This document shows, piece after piece, positions 1 through 8,835 of a stretch of DNA of 64,000 nucleotides. Source of the DNA: Lachnospiraceae bacterium (GTDB lineage Bacteria; Bacillota; Clostridia; Lachnospirales; Lachnospiraceae); NCBI GenBank assembly GCA_017558145.1, contig JAFYWF010000116.1, forward strand, positions 4,415 through 68,414. The letters run 5' to 3'. Below the pieces are notes generated by a model, which saw nothing but the letters and a program-made list of their open reading frames with translations, made no database searches and had not been told where the DNA came from. How positions within the stretch are numbered: the stretch's first letter is position 1; every line of letters begins with the position of its first letter. Position numbers and translations under genes: made by a program.

Positions 1-530
1 GGTGCAAAAATTATCGCTGTCATACTTGGAACATATTTTTCACCACAATTTTCGCACTCATAAAAACCTGCTTTTTGATTAATTATTGCCACGCAACCAA
101 TAGTAATCACAAGTTCAATTATAGCACTGGTTGCTAAAACGACTGTCCAAATTGAATTAGGTGCATAGACCGACGCAAGAATTTGAACAAAAAAGGCAAT
201 AAAACCTATCACACAAATCACCTTTCTTAAACCTAATAGCCTTTTTGCGTGCAGTTCCTTTTCTCTGTTTAATGTCATCAAGTTTTCTTCTGCTTTTTCT
301 TTGTAATTTTCCATCGTGTTCATCCTTTCTCCCGTTAAAAGTTCATTAATATTGACATCAAGAATTGAACATAATTCCAACATAATACCCGAATCAGGCA
401 TATTCTTACCCGTTTCCCATTTTGAAACAGCTCTGTCTGATATCCCAATTCTTTCTGCCAAAACAGACTGAGTGAGTCCTTTTTCTTTTCGACACTTTGC
501 TATGAATCTACCAACTTTATTTTGATCCAT
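1..530 (-). CDS. XRE/Cro-C1 family HTH regulator with hydrophobic C-terminal region (start complete; 3' end runs off the window)
   Basis: Hand translation of the minus strand from ATG (rc of 528-530), preceded by GGAGG (rc of 538-542), gives MDQNKVGRFIAKCRKEKGLTQSVLAERIGISDRAVSKWETGKNMPDSGIMLELCSILDVNINELL, a Cro/C1 HTH pattern. I checked every codon down to nt 3 and found no stop. The tail has two hydrophobic stretches (VICVIGFIAFFVQILASVY, IWTVVLATSAIIELVITIGCVAII). It is absent from the ORF track because it has no stop in the window. Confidence 0.75.
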   Translation of the reverse strand, partial: MDQNKVGRFIAKCRKEKGLTQSVLAERIGISDRAVSKWETGKNMPDSGIMLELCSILDVNINELLTGERMNTMENYKEKAEENLMTLNREKELHAKRLLGLRKVICVIGFIAFFVQILASVYAPNSIWTVVLATSAIIELVITIGCVAIINQKAGFYECENCGEKYVPSMTAIIFA

Positions 531-659
531 TAGGCAACCTCCTTTCTGTTTGTATGATACTTCAACACAGGAAAAATGAACACGAACCAATGGTTGAGTT
601 TGCATTTTATATTGTTTCTGAACCAATTATATCAAATATCTTTATTTTTACAATCAGAT

Positions 660-1430
660 TTATCGGCTATGTTCCTGCTGATATATCACTTCATAAGCCT
701 TTTCTCTGTTCTTTCGCTCCAATTCGGCTTTATCATCAATGAGTTTATTATATCGGTCTACTAATTCATTATATTCCTTTGCCATATTATCTAACTTTTT
801 GTTAAGTTCTTCTTTTTCCTGTTCCATTTTCTTCTTATACTCCTTTGCAGACAATCCGCCCTGTTTTTTTTCTTCGGTTTCTTCATATTCATCAATGTTA
901 AAACCGTGTTTCTTAAGTATGATAGGCATAATTCGGTGCATTGAAGTTATAAAATCTCTTGTTATAAGTGTTTTGGCTGATAGTCGGTTATCTTCCGTAA
1001 TCATTAAAATATCTAAGTGCAAGTGTGGAAGTCCGCCTTTTCCGTCAGCACTTCCGCCCTCGTCCAAATGACATACTGCACTCACTACATTATTATTAAA
1101 TCTTGCATTCATATATTTTATGATTAAATCGTTGTATTCGTCCAAGCGTTCAAGTGGTAATTCTTCGGGGTATGAAAATACTACCTCACAAATCCAATTA
1201 CTTGCTTTGGTAATTCTGCCACCGCTTGCCACAACTCGCTTTTCTATTTGTTCCTTACAATCTTTATAAAGAGATTGCTTCGGTGCAATATAAATGCGGT
1301 TTTGTCCGCTTCGTTCCGTATCTATGTCGGGATTGCTGATATAATTCTTGTTCAATCTGCGGTTATGCTTATCAATCCCTCCAAGTTGTCCTGCTTTATA
1401 GCATTGACAATGAAAACTGAACTTTGCCAT
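660..1430 (-). CDS. MobV-family relaxase (Mob/Pre plasmid recombination enzyme), short form
   Basis: ORF 660..1448. N-terminus MAKFSFHCQCYKAGQLGGIDKHNRR and CHLDEGGSADGKGGLPHLHLDIL (the HxDE...PHxH metal motif of MobV relaxases), with a coiled-coil C-terminus. ATG at 1430 is preferred because GGAGGGGG lies just upstream; the track start at 1448 is TTG. Confidence 0.8.
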   Translation of the reverse strand: MAKFSFHCQCYKAGQLGGIDKHNRRLNKNYISNPDIDTERSGQNRIYIAPKQSLYKDCKEQIEKRVVASGGRITKASNWICEVVFSYPEELPLERLDEYNDLIIKYMNARFNNNVVSAVCHLDEGGSADGKGGLPHLHLDILMITEDNRLSAKTLITRDFITSMHRIMPIILKKHGFNIDEYEETEEKKQGGLSAKEYKKKMEQEKEELNKKLDNMAKEYNELVDRYNKLIDDKAELERKNREKAYEVIYQQEHSR

Positions 1431-1451
1431 AATTCCCCCTCCTCTCAAATA

Positions 1452-1528
1452 CTTGGAGCAAGAACGTCTAAATTTCTAAATCTTGCCCCAAGGTATAAGC
1501 CCCTTTACTTTGCCAGCAAAGTTGGGGC
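1452..1528. other. Two strong inverted repeats immediately upstream of the relaxase gene (candidate oriT or terminator structures)
   Basis: IR1 is cttggagcaaga (1452-1463) against tcttgccccaag (1481-1492), 11/12 complementary. IR2 is gcccc-ttt-actttgc-ca-gcaaagt-t-ggggc (1499-1528). MobV oriT sites normally lie directly upstream of mob. No nick-site consensus was recognised. Confidence 0.3.
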
Positions 1529-1532
1529 TCGG

Positions 1533-1703
1533 TTATCGTTCCTCTTCGGTCTGCCTTTGATATTTCTCAACCTTTACAAAATCATCCTCTGTATCTGTTG
1601 CAGGTTGTTTATGTTCTTCTGCTTCATCTTGTGCTACTGCTTCAAGTAAAATATCAAGAGAACTCTTATAAAATATTTCATCATCTATGTCTATTTTTGC
1701 CAC
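1533..1703 (-). CDS. Small acidic hypothetical protein (56 aa, GTG start)
   Basis: Hand translation gives (GTG)AKIDIDDEIFYKSSLDILLEAVAQDEAEEHKQPATDTEDDFVKVEKYQRQTEEER*. GGAGG lies 8 nt upstream of the GTG. It is below the ORF-track length cut-off and I recognise no homology. Confidence 0.25.
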   Translation of the reverse strand: MAKIDIDDEIFYKSSLDILLEAVAQDEAEEHKQPATDTEDDFVKVEKYQRQTEEER

Positions 1704-1773
1704 ATCAAACACCTCCCCTCACCCTTAATATGCCTTTTGGCTTGTGGGTAGGGTATAAAATCTATACACTGGA

Positions 1774-1933
1774 AAAAATCAATTTTTGATACGTTTCGGG
1801 CAAAAGAATCTTTAAAAATCAATTTTCTTCTGTATAGCCTTTTTTATTCAAAAATAGCCCCAAAATAACGCTAAAACCGCCAAAATATCACCTTTCAAAA
1901 ATCAATTTTTGATAAAATCGGCACTTCAAAAAT
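1774..1933. repeat. Iterated AAAAATCAATTTT(TGATA) / TTCAAAAAT motif (iteron-like), partly palindromic
   Basis: aaaaatcaatttttgata at 1774-1791, aaaaatcaatttt at 1814-1826, and tcaaaaatcaatttttgataaaatcgg at 1895-1920. The core TCAAAAAT-CA-ATTTTTGA is an 8-bp palindrome. Further ttcaaaaat copies lie at about 1847 and 1925. Copies 1 and 3 share about 27 nt including the flanking gata..tcgg.ca. Confidence 0.6.
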
Positions 1934-2679
1934 TTTTTTAAATTTAATAAAAGTTTTTGCTCCAAACTGTTCTCTATCGGTCATATTGTTTATGACAAGT
2001 AAATAAATTAAAAAAGCCACCGCTTTGGTGGATGTAGTTGGTGAAGCAATTACAAAGACAAAAGACAGTTCTAAACTGTAAAGTTTTTTATATAGAGTTC
2101 TGATGTGCTTCACCACCTCAGGACTTTTTTAATGGGTGTACGATAAGAAAAAACATCACCCAAAGCAAACAAAATGTTAAATGTCCACGGCGGACAACCT
2201 CAAAAATAATGCCGAACCAAGTGAGGGCGACTTGATTATTGAAAGATAATGAACGGCTACGGCATTGGATGACGTGTGCATTATATGAAAAGTGTAATGC
2301 AGTCTGGTACATATGAAAAACAAGGGCACGTTGCGTATAGTAATTAAAAGATCGACTTTGGTGGTATCGCCATATTACTGTTATGTATAGAAAATGAAAC
2401 ATCTCCGAAGTGTGCGGGGTTAAACACACTCACAGGCGAAAATTGTTTTATTACAGACTTGACCATTCGCAATCGTAAAAAGTATAGAATTTTCTATATT
2501 TTTGGTTGTGAGTGGTCAAGACTTTCTCTCATTATTTAACTAGGCGAAAAGGTCGGTTTTACTGGTTCAGAAAAGTTAATTGTTGAAACTGAACTTGTGA
2601 AGTTTCAACGCTGAAAGGGGGCAAGGGGGAAACCGCCAGAGTGTCCCCCCATTTCTTTCTTTTGCTTCTTTTCTTTCTT

Positions 2680-2882
2680 AAAAACTAATTGGAGGGAATT
2701 CGTAAAATCCCCTCCAATTCTCCACATATGCAACTGGAATAATATATTCCCTTCACACATTAACTAATATATGCAATTTTTTATTTTCGTATACAACAAC
2801 TGAGAGAGAGCCCTTCGACTCTCTCTCCTTCAAAAAAATCTTACTGAGCTTTCGCTCCTTCACATTATCACTTTGTGACAAC
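2680..2882 (-). ncRNA. Candidate ~200-nt non-coding transcript directly downstream of the MazF-like gene
   Basis: Minus-strand promoter TTGACA (rc 2912-2917), 17-nt spacer, extended -10 TGgTATTCT (rc 2889-2897). Minus-strand intrinsic terminator AATTGGAGGG/CCCTCCAATT (2687-2696 / 2710-2719) followed by AGUUUUU (rc 2680-2686). Only very short ORFs lie between them, plus an internal GAGAGAGAG/CTCTCTCTC hairpin (2803-2828). Confidence 0.3.
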
Positions 2883-2950
2883 TCGTACAGAATACCAAAA
2901 AACATTTCTTCTGTCAAGCATATTTTATAATATTTTCAACCAAAAATCAA

Positions 2951-3472
2951 CTAGAAAATGTGACACTTTTTAAGAGCCTCATTTATATCATTCAAAACCT
3001 TTCCTTTAACATTTCCAATTGACGCATTAGTATCTATTCTTTGAATACTAACATTCTGTAAAGTAAGTACATTTGTCCAACGCACCATATTCTTAAATCC
3101 ATAAACCTTTTCTACTTTTACGTGATAATCTTTCTTTACACTTGGTTCTTGAGATGATAAAGGAACAACAAAAACACTTGTTGGTGTCTTTCTTAAAATC
3201 ACAGCAGGATGGCGTCCACCAAATTCATCCCCAACATTAAAACCAAACTCAATCCACACTACGGCTCCACGTTTTAATTTATCTTCTTTATCACATACAA
3301 AAGAAGGTTCATCCATAACATACTGTGTTTTTGTTGAAATCCATTGTAAATAATTATTGGTTCTTTTACGCTCATCATCACTTTCTTTATTAGTTGATGA
3401 ATATAACTTATCAATCTGGGCATCCAGATTTCCTTTACTTTTCTCTAGTTCTTCTTGCGAAATAATCTTCAT
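2951..3472 (-). CDS. PemK/MazF-fold toxin domain protein with ~65-aa N-terminal coiled extension; no adjacent antitoxin ORF
   Basis: ORF 2951..3535. RGAVVWIEFGFNVGDEFGGRHPAVILRK...VFVVPLSSQ matches the MazF pattern (GDLIWVDFDP..G.EQ.G.RPAVVLS...VP.T.Q). ATG at 3472 (MKIISQEELEKS) follows GGAGGTGAG. Confidence 0.75.
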   Translation of the reverse strand: MKIISQEELEKSKGNLDAQIDKLYSSTNKESDDERKRTNNYLQWISTKTQYVMDEPSFVCDKEDKLKRGAVVWIEFGFNVGDEFGGRHPAVILRKTPTSVFVVPLSSQEPSVKKDYHVKVEKVYGFKNMVRWTNVLTLQNVSIQRIDTNASIGNVKGKVLNDINEALKKCHIF

Positions 3473-3593
3473 TCTAATCTCACCTCCCTTGTATACACGT
3501 GCATTGATTGTATCACATACATACGAATATCTCAAACAAATTATAACATTATTTTACAAATTAAGCAGGAGCTTTTACGCTCCTGCTTGTTTA

Positions 3594-5111
3594 CTATTTG
3601 TATTCAATAAGTATGTCTTCGGGTGGATTGCCTTTTAATCGTTCCGCTTTGGCTTTTTCCAATCGTTGCTGCTTCTGTGCCTGCTTTGTTGCTTTTTCCA
3701 GTTCGGTCATCATTTCCTCTTCAATCTGTCGAACCTCACAAGCAAACCGCCAACATTCTGCAATATCGGTAAAAATAGCCTCGTTCCAAAATCTTGTAAT
3801 ATCCCACCTATCGCCTTTATCTTCATTATAAACAGTATTCGATACATTTTGCATTGCTCTCGGCAAGGTATGACCTGCACTTTCATACACTTGGAAAAAA
3901 GAAGCAGGAGCAATAATACTCTTATCATCCTTTTCAATTCCGTGTAATAGCAAAGTAATGTATGTATGTCTTCCGTCGTGTATTCTGCCATAAGGTAATT
4001 CTTCCTTTTTGGCTTTCACTCGGCATTTATTGAGATAATTATAAATCTCTTTCCACTTGCGAGATACTTTTCCAGTGTGGCATACATAATTTTGCAATAA
4101 ATTGATTTCCCACTGTAAAACAAAGGCTTCGGGTGCTACTGGTCTGCCCAGTATAGCCTCCTGCCATTCCTTATATATCTTTAATGTGGTATAGCCTGCG
4201 TTATGCAGTTCAATCTCTCGAACCTTTTCACGCTTTGGCAATTTCACGGTGTCTTTCGTTACCAACTGCACACGGTTATGACAAATGGTAACTCTTTTAG
4301 TTTCCCAATTTATATCTTTCCACATCAAGCCACACAATTCCCCTCGTCTAAGTCCTTGTGTCATAGACATAACAACAAGATACAGAAAACTCGGGTCTTC
4401 CATTGTGGTGGCTTCATAAATCAATTCATTTAATTGCTTGTAATCAAGTGCCGAGGCTTTATATTCCTTTTTCGGTGCAGAGATTTCAGCACCCTCAACA
4501 ACATTTTCACTTACACCATATCTTACTTTATCTTTCAGCATATACGCCCAAATCTGCTTTAAGTGAGTTTTATATTTCTCGATAGATTTCCTAGAAATTC
4601 CCTGCTTTTCTTCAAATTCAAAATATGCTTCAATCTGTGCGGTCTGTATTGTCTTTACAAAAGTGGTACGCTCACCATTAAAGAACCGTTTGAAATGGTC
4701 TGTCTGTATGCGCAATTGTTCAACATAACTATCTTTGATTTTTCCCTTTTTGGCTTGCTTTCGTTTCAATTCAAGAAATTCATCCGCTACATCAACCAAA
4801 CGAATGCCCTCATTTTTGAAAACTACCTTTTTCTCCTTGGCTTCTGCCTTTTGTACTTCTATTTGATGAAGCCACTTTCTTGCTTCTGCCAATGTCTTAA
4901 AGGTCTTTCTTCGTTTGTCTTGCTTTTTTACAAATTTCTTTAATTCTTCGTCATAAATTTCCACCCTGCCAAAATCGGCAGTAGCCTCATAGGAAAACTT
5001 CTTTCCGTCTTTCAGTTTCCGCCTTATGCCCTTTTCAACTGGTTCATAAGTGATTGCTTCTTTCTTCTTTGGTGCTTCGCTTTCATCAAAATTAAATACT
5101 AATTCTTCCAT
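3594..5111 (-). CDS. Tyrosine site-specific recombinase/integrase (phage integrase family), 505 aa
   Basis: GLRRGELCGLMWKDI (catalytic R box), HDGRHTYITLLL (HxxR box) and AGH...VY near the C-terminus. The N-terminal SAM-like/arm-binding region is long. Confidence 0.85.
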   Translation of the reverse strand: MEELVFNFDESEAPKKKEAITYEPVEKGIRRKLKDGKKFSYEATADFGRVEIYDEELKKFVKKQDKRRKTFKTLAEARKWLHQIEVQKAEAKEKKVVFKNEGIRLVDVADEFLELKRKQAKKGKIKDSYVEQLRIQTDHFKRFFNGERTTFVKTIQTAQIEAYFEFEEKQGISRKSIEKYKTHLKQIWAYMLKDKVRYGVSENVVEGAEISAPKKEYKASALDYKQLNELIYEATTMEDPSFLYLVVMSMTQGLRRGELCGLMWKDINWETKRVTICHNRVQLVTKDTVKLPKREKVREIELHNAGYTTLKIYKEWQEAILGRPVAPEAFVLQWEINLLQNYVCHTGKVSRKWKEIYNYLNKCRVKAKKEELPYGRIHDGRHTYITLLLHGIEKDDKSIIAPASFFQVYESAGHTLPRAMQNVSNTVYNEDKGDRWDITRFWNEAIFTDIAECWRFACEVRQIEEEMMTELEKATKQAQKQQRLEKAKAERLKGNPPEDILIEYK

Positions 5112-5144
5112 AGCGTTCTCCTTTACATCGTGAATTTCAGCCTA

Positions 5145-5182
5145 TGGTAATATTTTTGGTAATATTTTATCATATATTACCA
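5145..5182. repeat. TGGTAATAT repeats next to the integrase start (candidate integrase arm/core binding sites at the element end)
   Basis: A perfect tandem tggtaatatttt x2 (5145-5156, 5157-5168), then an inverted copy atattacca (5174-5182). It lies between the integrase start (5111) and the response-regulator stop (5242). Confidence 0.5.
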
Positions 5183-5241
5183 CATAACAAAAGCGATTTT
5201 CCTTAGTGCTTATGCGGTCTGTAAGACTTTTTATTATTTCC

Positions 5242-5931
5242 TTACAATTTAAAGCGGTATCCTACGCCCCAAATAGTTTCAATGTATTGAGGCTTGCCGG
5301 AACCTCCTTCAATTTTCTCTCTAATTTTTTTAATATGAACTGTGACAGTTGCAATATCACCAATAGAATCCATATCCCAAATTTCTCTAAACAATTCTTC
5401 CTTAGTAAATACATGGTTCGGGTTTTCTGCAAGAAATGTAAGTAAATCAAATTCTTTTGTGGTAAAATTCTTTTCTTCTCCATCGATATAAACTCTTCTC
5501 GCAGTTTTATCAATACGAATTCCTCGAATTTCGATTACATCATTATTTTTCTGATTCGTATTAACCAATCGATTGTATCGAGACATATGAGCTTTTACAC
5601 GAGCCACTAATTCACTGGGACTGAAAGGTTTTGTCATGTAATCGTCTGCCCCTAAACCCAGACCATGAATTTTATCAATATCATCTTTCTTAGCAGAAAC
5701 CATAATGATCGGAATATCTTTGTTTTGTCGAATTTGACGACATACTTCAAATCCATCCACTCCAGGAAGCATTAAATCTAATACTATCAAATCAAAGTCT
5801 TCTGCCAAAGCTTTTGAAAGACCTGTATCACCTGCATTTTCAATCGTTACCTGAAAACCGCTTAATTCTAAATAATCTTTTTCTAAATCTGCAATTGCAA
5901 CTTCATCTTCAATAATTAAAATTTTGCTCAT
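5242..5931 (-). CDS. OmpR/PhoB-family response regulator
   Basis: Receiver domain (MSKILIIEDE...DLIVLDLMLPGVDG...KPF) plus a winged-helix C-terminus (LTTKEFDLLTFL...VTVHIKKIREKI...IETIWGVGYRF). Confidence 0.9.
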   Translation of the reverse strand: MSKILIIEDEVAIADLEKDYLELSGFQVTIENAGDTGLSKALAEDFDLIVLDLMLPGVDGFEVCRQIRQNKDIPIIMVSAKKDDIDKIHGLGLGADDYMTKPFSPSELVARVKAHMSRYNRLVNTNQKNNDVIEIRGIRIDKTARRVYIDGEEKNFTTKEFDLLTFLAENPNHVFTKEELFREIWDMDSIGDIATVTVHIKKIREKIEGGSGKPQYIETIWGVGYRFKL

Positions 5932-6010
5932 AATCTTTATTTCTCCTACATATTTTTATTTGACTTTATTAATCGCTACTATATGCACATCTATATTTTC
6001 TCTTTAAATA

Positions 6011-7498
6011 TTACATACCTTCTTGCTCCCGATATCTTCGAATAACAAAATGCATACAGGTACCAACGCCTTCTTTACTTGTTGCCCATATATATCCGCC
6101 ATGATCTTCAATAATTTTTTTAACAATGGATAGACCAATTCCACTTCCCCCTTGAGAAGAATTCCTGGATGCATCCGTCCGATAGAAACGCTCAAAAATA
6201 TTACCTAAATCCTTGGACGCAATGCCTTTTCCGTTATCTGCAATCTCAACTCGTATAGAATCATTATCTTCCGCCAAACGAATATCGATAATTCCCTTTT
6301 CTTTATCCATATATTTAATACTATTTCCAATAATATTATTGATTACTTTTTTCATTTGTTCCGGATCTGCAATAATTAAAGTATTTGGATCAATTAGGTT
6401 AGTGTAATTTAATTGAATATTTTCTGATTCTAATTCCAAGCCAACTTCCTCTACACAATCGTTAAAATAGTCTGTTACATTTAACTTATGAAAATGATAT
6501 GGAATTCGATTGGTATCAATCCCGGAATAAAAAGTTAGTTCATTAATTAATCGATCCATATCACAAGCTTTTGTATAAATTGTTTTAATATAACGATCTC
6601 TTTTTTCCTCTGTATCTGCCACCCCATCTACCAATCCCTCTACATAACCTTTAATAGAAGTAATTGGTGTTTTCAAATCATGAGTAATATTACTCACTAA
6701 CTCTTTGTTTTGCTTTTCCTTTTCTTTCATCTCCTCAGCTGATTCTTTTAGCTTTAGACGCATGTCCTCATAGCTTTTATACAAATCACCCATTTCATCA
6801 GTACTGTTTTCCTTGCACTGCAATACATAATCAAAATTTCCGCTGGCAATATGATGCATGGCAATATTCATTTCCTGAATTGGTAAAAATACTCCTCTAC
6901 GGATCCATTGTGCCAATACCATACTAGTAAAAGATAATATAATCACAATAGATATAAATAAATAAAGAATTAATGTTTTGGAGATAACACTACTTACCTT
7001 AGTTACAATAAATAAACTTCCTCTTTCTCCATCCGGGAAAATAAAGTCAATCTGTTTAACAAGCTTTTGCATATCATTATAATAATATCCTGCATCTGCC
7101 CCTTCTACAATACTTCCGTATTCCGGTAATCTGCTGGCTATCTGACTAGTTGCCAAATCATTTCCCGAAAAATAAATCTCTTTTTCTTTTCTTACAATAA
7201 TATAAGAAGCTGCTCCCGAAATTTTGTCATTTACTTCTCCTAAATAATTTTTATCTAGAAAACGAGAAGCATCCATATTCGCCTGCACTTGCAACTTGTA
7301 AAATATTTCATCCGTTAATTGACCGAAAGAAGAAATGGAATCTGACCACATAGTATAATCATTGATTTCAATTCCATAATTTAGTCCTTCTTTATGAATT
7401 ACCATATAACTTATAATTCCAAATGCGATTGATGTTAGTACGATTGGCAAAATAATCATCATGATAAAGGTAATCCATAACCTTGTTTTAAATTTCAT
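6011..7498 (-). CDS. Membrane sensor histidine kinase (HAMP-HisKA-HATPase)
   Basis: Two TM segments, an H-box at NITHDLKTPITSIKGY, an N-box at NIIGNSIKY, and G-boxes at DNGKGI and GGSGIGLSIV. Confidence 0.9.
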   Translation of the reverse strand: MKFKTRLWITFIMMIILPIVLTSIAFGIISYMVIHKEGLNYGIEINDYTMWSDSISSFGQLTDEIFYKLQVQANMDASRFLDKNYLGEVNDKISGAASYIIVRKEKEIYFSGNDLATSQIASRLPEYGSIVEGADAGYYYNDMQKLVKQIDFIFPDGERGSLFIVTKVSSVISKTLILYLFISIVIILSFTSMVLAQWIRRGVFLPIQEMNIAMHHIASGNFDYVLQCKENSTDEMGDLYKSYEDMRLKLKESAEEMKEKEKQNKELVSNITHDLKTPITSIKGYVEGLVDGVADTEEKRDRYIKTIYTKACDMDRLINELTFYSGIDTNRIPYHFHKLNVTDYFNDCVEEVGLELESENIQLNYTNLIDPNTLIIADPEQMKKVINNIIGNSIKYMDKEKGIIDIRLAEDNDSIRVEIADNGKGIASKDLGNIFERFYRTDASRNSSQGGSGIGLSIVKKIIEDHGGYIWATSKEGVGTCMHFVIRRYREQEGM

Positions 7499-7649
7499 AA
7501 CCTCATCCTTTTACATCTATATTTAATCGAATCTACTTTCATACAAGAAAAATCTTTTATTTTTCTTATTTTACCATATCTTTTCTTTCTATTTATAAAC
7601 CATATAAAATATTATTATAAAAAAAATCTAAAAAATTTTATGAATACTG

Positions 7650-7698
7650 TTGACAACAGGAATATCATCATGTAATATAATGATATCAGTAATCATTA
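7650..7698 (+). promoter_or_regulatory. Candidate sigma-A promoter and Fur/PerR-type inverted repeat upstream of the Fur-family gene
   Basis: TTGACA at 7650-7655. An A/T-rich -10 region tgtaatataat at 7671-7681; the exact hexamer is ambiguous (spacer 17-20). Inverted repeat TAATGAT (7678-7684) / ATCATTA (7692-7698), 7 nt apart, overlaps and follows the -10. Confidence 0.4.
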
Positions 7699-7719
7699 CT
7701 ATTTCTGAAAGGAGAATAA

Positions 7720-8112
7720 ATGGCACTTAAGTACAGTAGACAACGAGAGGCTATTAAGGAATTTATGATGACTCGTAAAGATCATCCTACAGCAGATGTA
7801 GTTTACATGAATGTCAGACAAGAGTTTCCTAATATAAGCCTAGGAACCGTATATCGTAACTTAACCTTATTGTCCGATATGGGAGAATTATTAAGATTAC
7901 GAGTCGGTGACGGTGTAGATCATTTTGATGCGACAACTACACCCCATTATCACTTCATTTGCAAGGATTGCGGAGCTGTTACTGATTTGGATATTCCAAT
8001 TATGCATTCCATTGACGCAACGGCAAGTGAAGATTTTAACGGCCAAATCGAAGGCCATGTAACTTATTTTTATGGAACTTGCGAACATTGTATAAAAAAA
8101 TTGTCGAACTAA
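7720..8112 (+). CDS. Fur-family metalloregulator, PerR-like
   Basis: 130 aa with a winged helix (ISLGTVYRNLTLL), HYHFICKDCG...CEHC (two CxxC pairs) and a context upstream of rubrerythrin. The PerR versus Fur/Zur subtype is inferred from context only. Confidence 0.8.
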   Translation: MALKYSRQREAIKEFMMTRKDHPTADVVYMNVRQEFPNISLGTVYRNLTLLSDMGELLRLRVGDGVDHFDATTTPHYHFICKDCGAVTDLDIPIMHSIDATASEDFNGQIEGHVTYFYGTCEHCIKKLSN

Positions 8113-8184
8113 TTTGTTTGTATCAAGTTTCCCCCAAATGTAAAATGTATTAAAAGTAATATAAAACGAAAAGGAGAATTAATT

Positions 8185-8724
8185 ATGAAATTTGTATGTT
8201 CAGTATGTGGTTATGTTCATGAAGGAGATGCGGCACCAGAAAGATGCCCACAGTGTAATGTTCCAGCGGACAAGTTTGTTGTTCAGGCAGGAGAAAGAGA
8301 ATGGGCTGCAGAACATGTTGTTGGTGTTGCTCAAGGAGTTAGCGAAGATATTTTAGAAGATTTAAGAGCTAACTATATGGGAGAATGTACTGAAGTCGGT
8401 ATGTATCTTGCTATGGCACGTGTTGCTCATAGAGAAGGTTACCCAGAAATCGGTTTATACTGGGAAAAAGCAGCTTGGGAAGAAGCAGAACATGCTGCAA
8501 AATTTGCTGAATTATTAGGCGAAGTTGTAACAGACTCTACAAAGAAAAACCTTGAAATGAGAGTTGAAGCTGAAAACGGTGCAACAGCTGGTAAATTCGA
8601 CCTTGCAAAACGTGCTAAAGCTGCTAACTTAGACGCTATCCATGACACAGTGCATGAAATGGCACGCGATGAAGCTAGACACGGAAAAGCATTCGAAGGT
8701 TTATTAAACAGATACTTTGGTTAA
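8185..8724 (+). CDS. Reverse rubrerythrin (N-terminal rubredoxin-like CxxC..CxxC, C-terminal diiron ferritin-like domain)
   Basis: [25 protein letters not shown], followed by E..EH / E..RH diiron helices ([18 protein letters not shown]). Confidence 0.9.
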   Translation: MKFVCSVCGYVHEGDAAPERCPQCNVPADKFVVQAGEREWAAEHVVGVAQGVSEDILEDLRANYMGECTEVGMYLAMARVAHREGYPEIGLYWEKAAWEEAEHAAKFAELLGEVVTDSTKKNLEMRVEAENGATAGKFDLAKRAKAANLDAIHDTVHEMARDEARHGKAFEGLLNRYFG

Positions 8725-8758
8725 TTAGAAAAACCTTGATTTTAAAGGATTCTTACAG

Positions 8759-8824
8759 AGAGGATAGAGAAATCTCAATGTCATTTAGATAAGAATGACA
8801 TTGAGAGAAATCTATTCTCTTTTT
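8759..8824 (+). terminator. Rho-independent terminator with a nested inner hairpin
   Basis: Outer stem agaggatag (8759-8767) / ctattctct (8812-8820) with one G-U pair, then TTTT (8821-8824). Inner perfect 12-bp hairpin ctcaatgtcatt (8774-8785) / aatgacattgag (8794-8805). Confidence 0.65.
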
Positions 8825-8835
8825 GTCTATTAAAA

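Larger units (their letters stand above)
1..5241. mobile_element. Integrative mobilizable element, partial (left end outside the window), inserted just 3' of a two-component operon
   Basis: The gene set is XRE regulator, MobV relaxase, MazF-like toxin and tyrosine integrase, with an ORF-poor repeat-rich 1.5 kb segment. The integrase is the terminal gene and is followed by repeat motifs and then the chromosomal RR stop codon. The exact att boundary was not determined. Confidence 0.6.

Noticed and set aside
554-2429. Track ORFs 554-742, 576-764, 739-1071, 1248-1649, 1598-1789, 1895-2116 and 2118-2429
   Set aside because: They run antisense to, or overlap, the well-supported relaxase gene, or they lie in the repeat-rich non-coding stretch. 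Their translations are low-complexity and hydrophobic or Cys/Phe-rich, with no RBS and no recognisable motif.
6004-6195. 63-aa ORF overlapping the 3' end of the histidine kinase gene, and similar nested ORFs throughout the track
   Set aside because: They are fully contained within longer, motif-supported ORFs in another frame or on the other strand, as expected by chance in AT-rich DNA.
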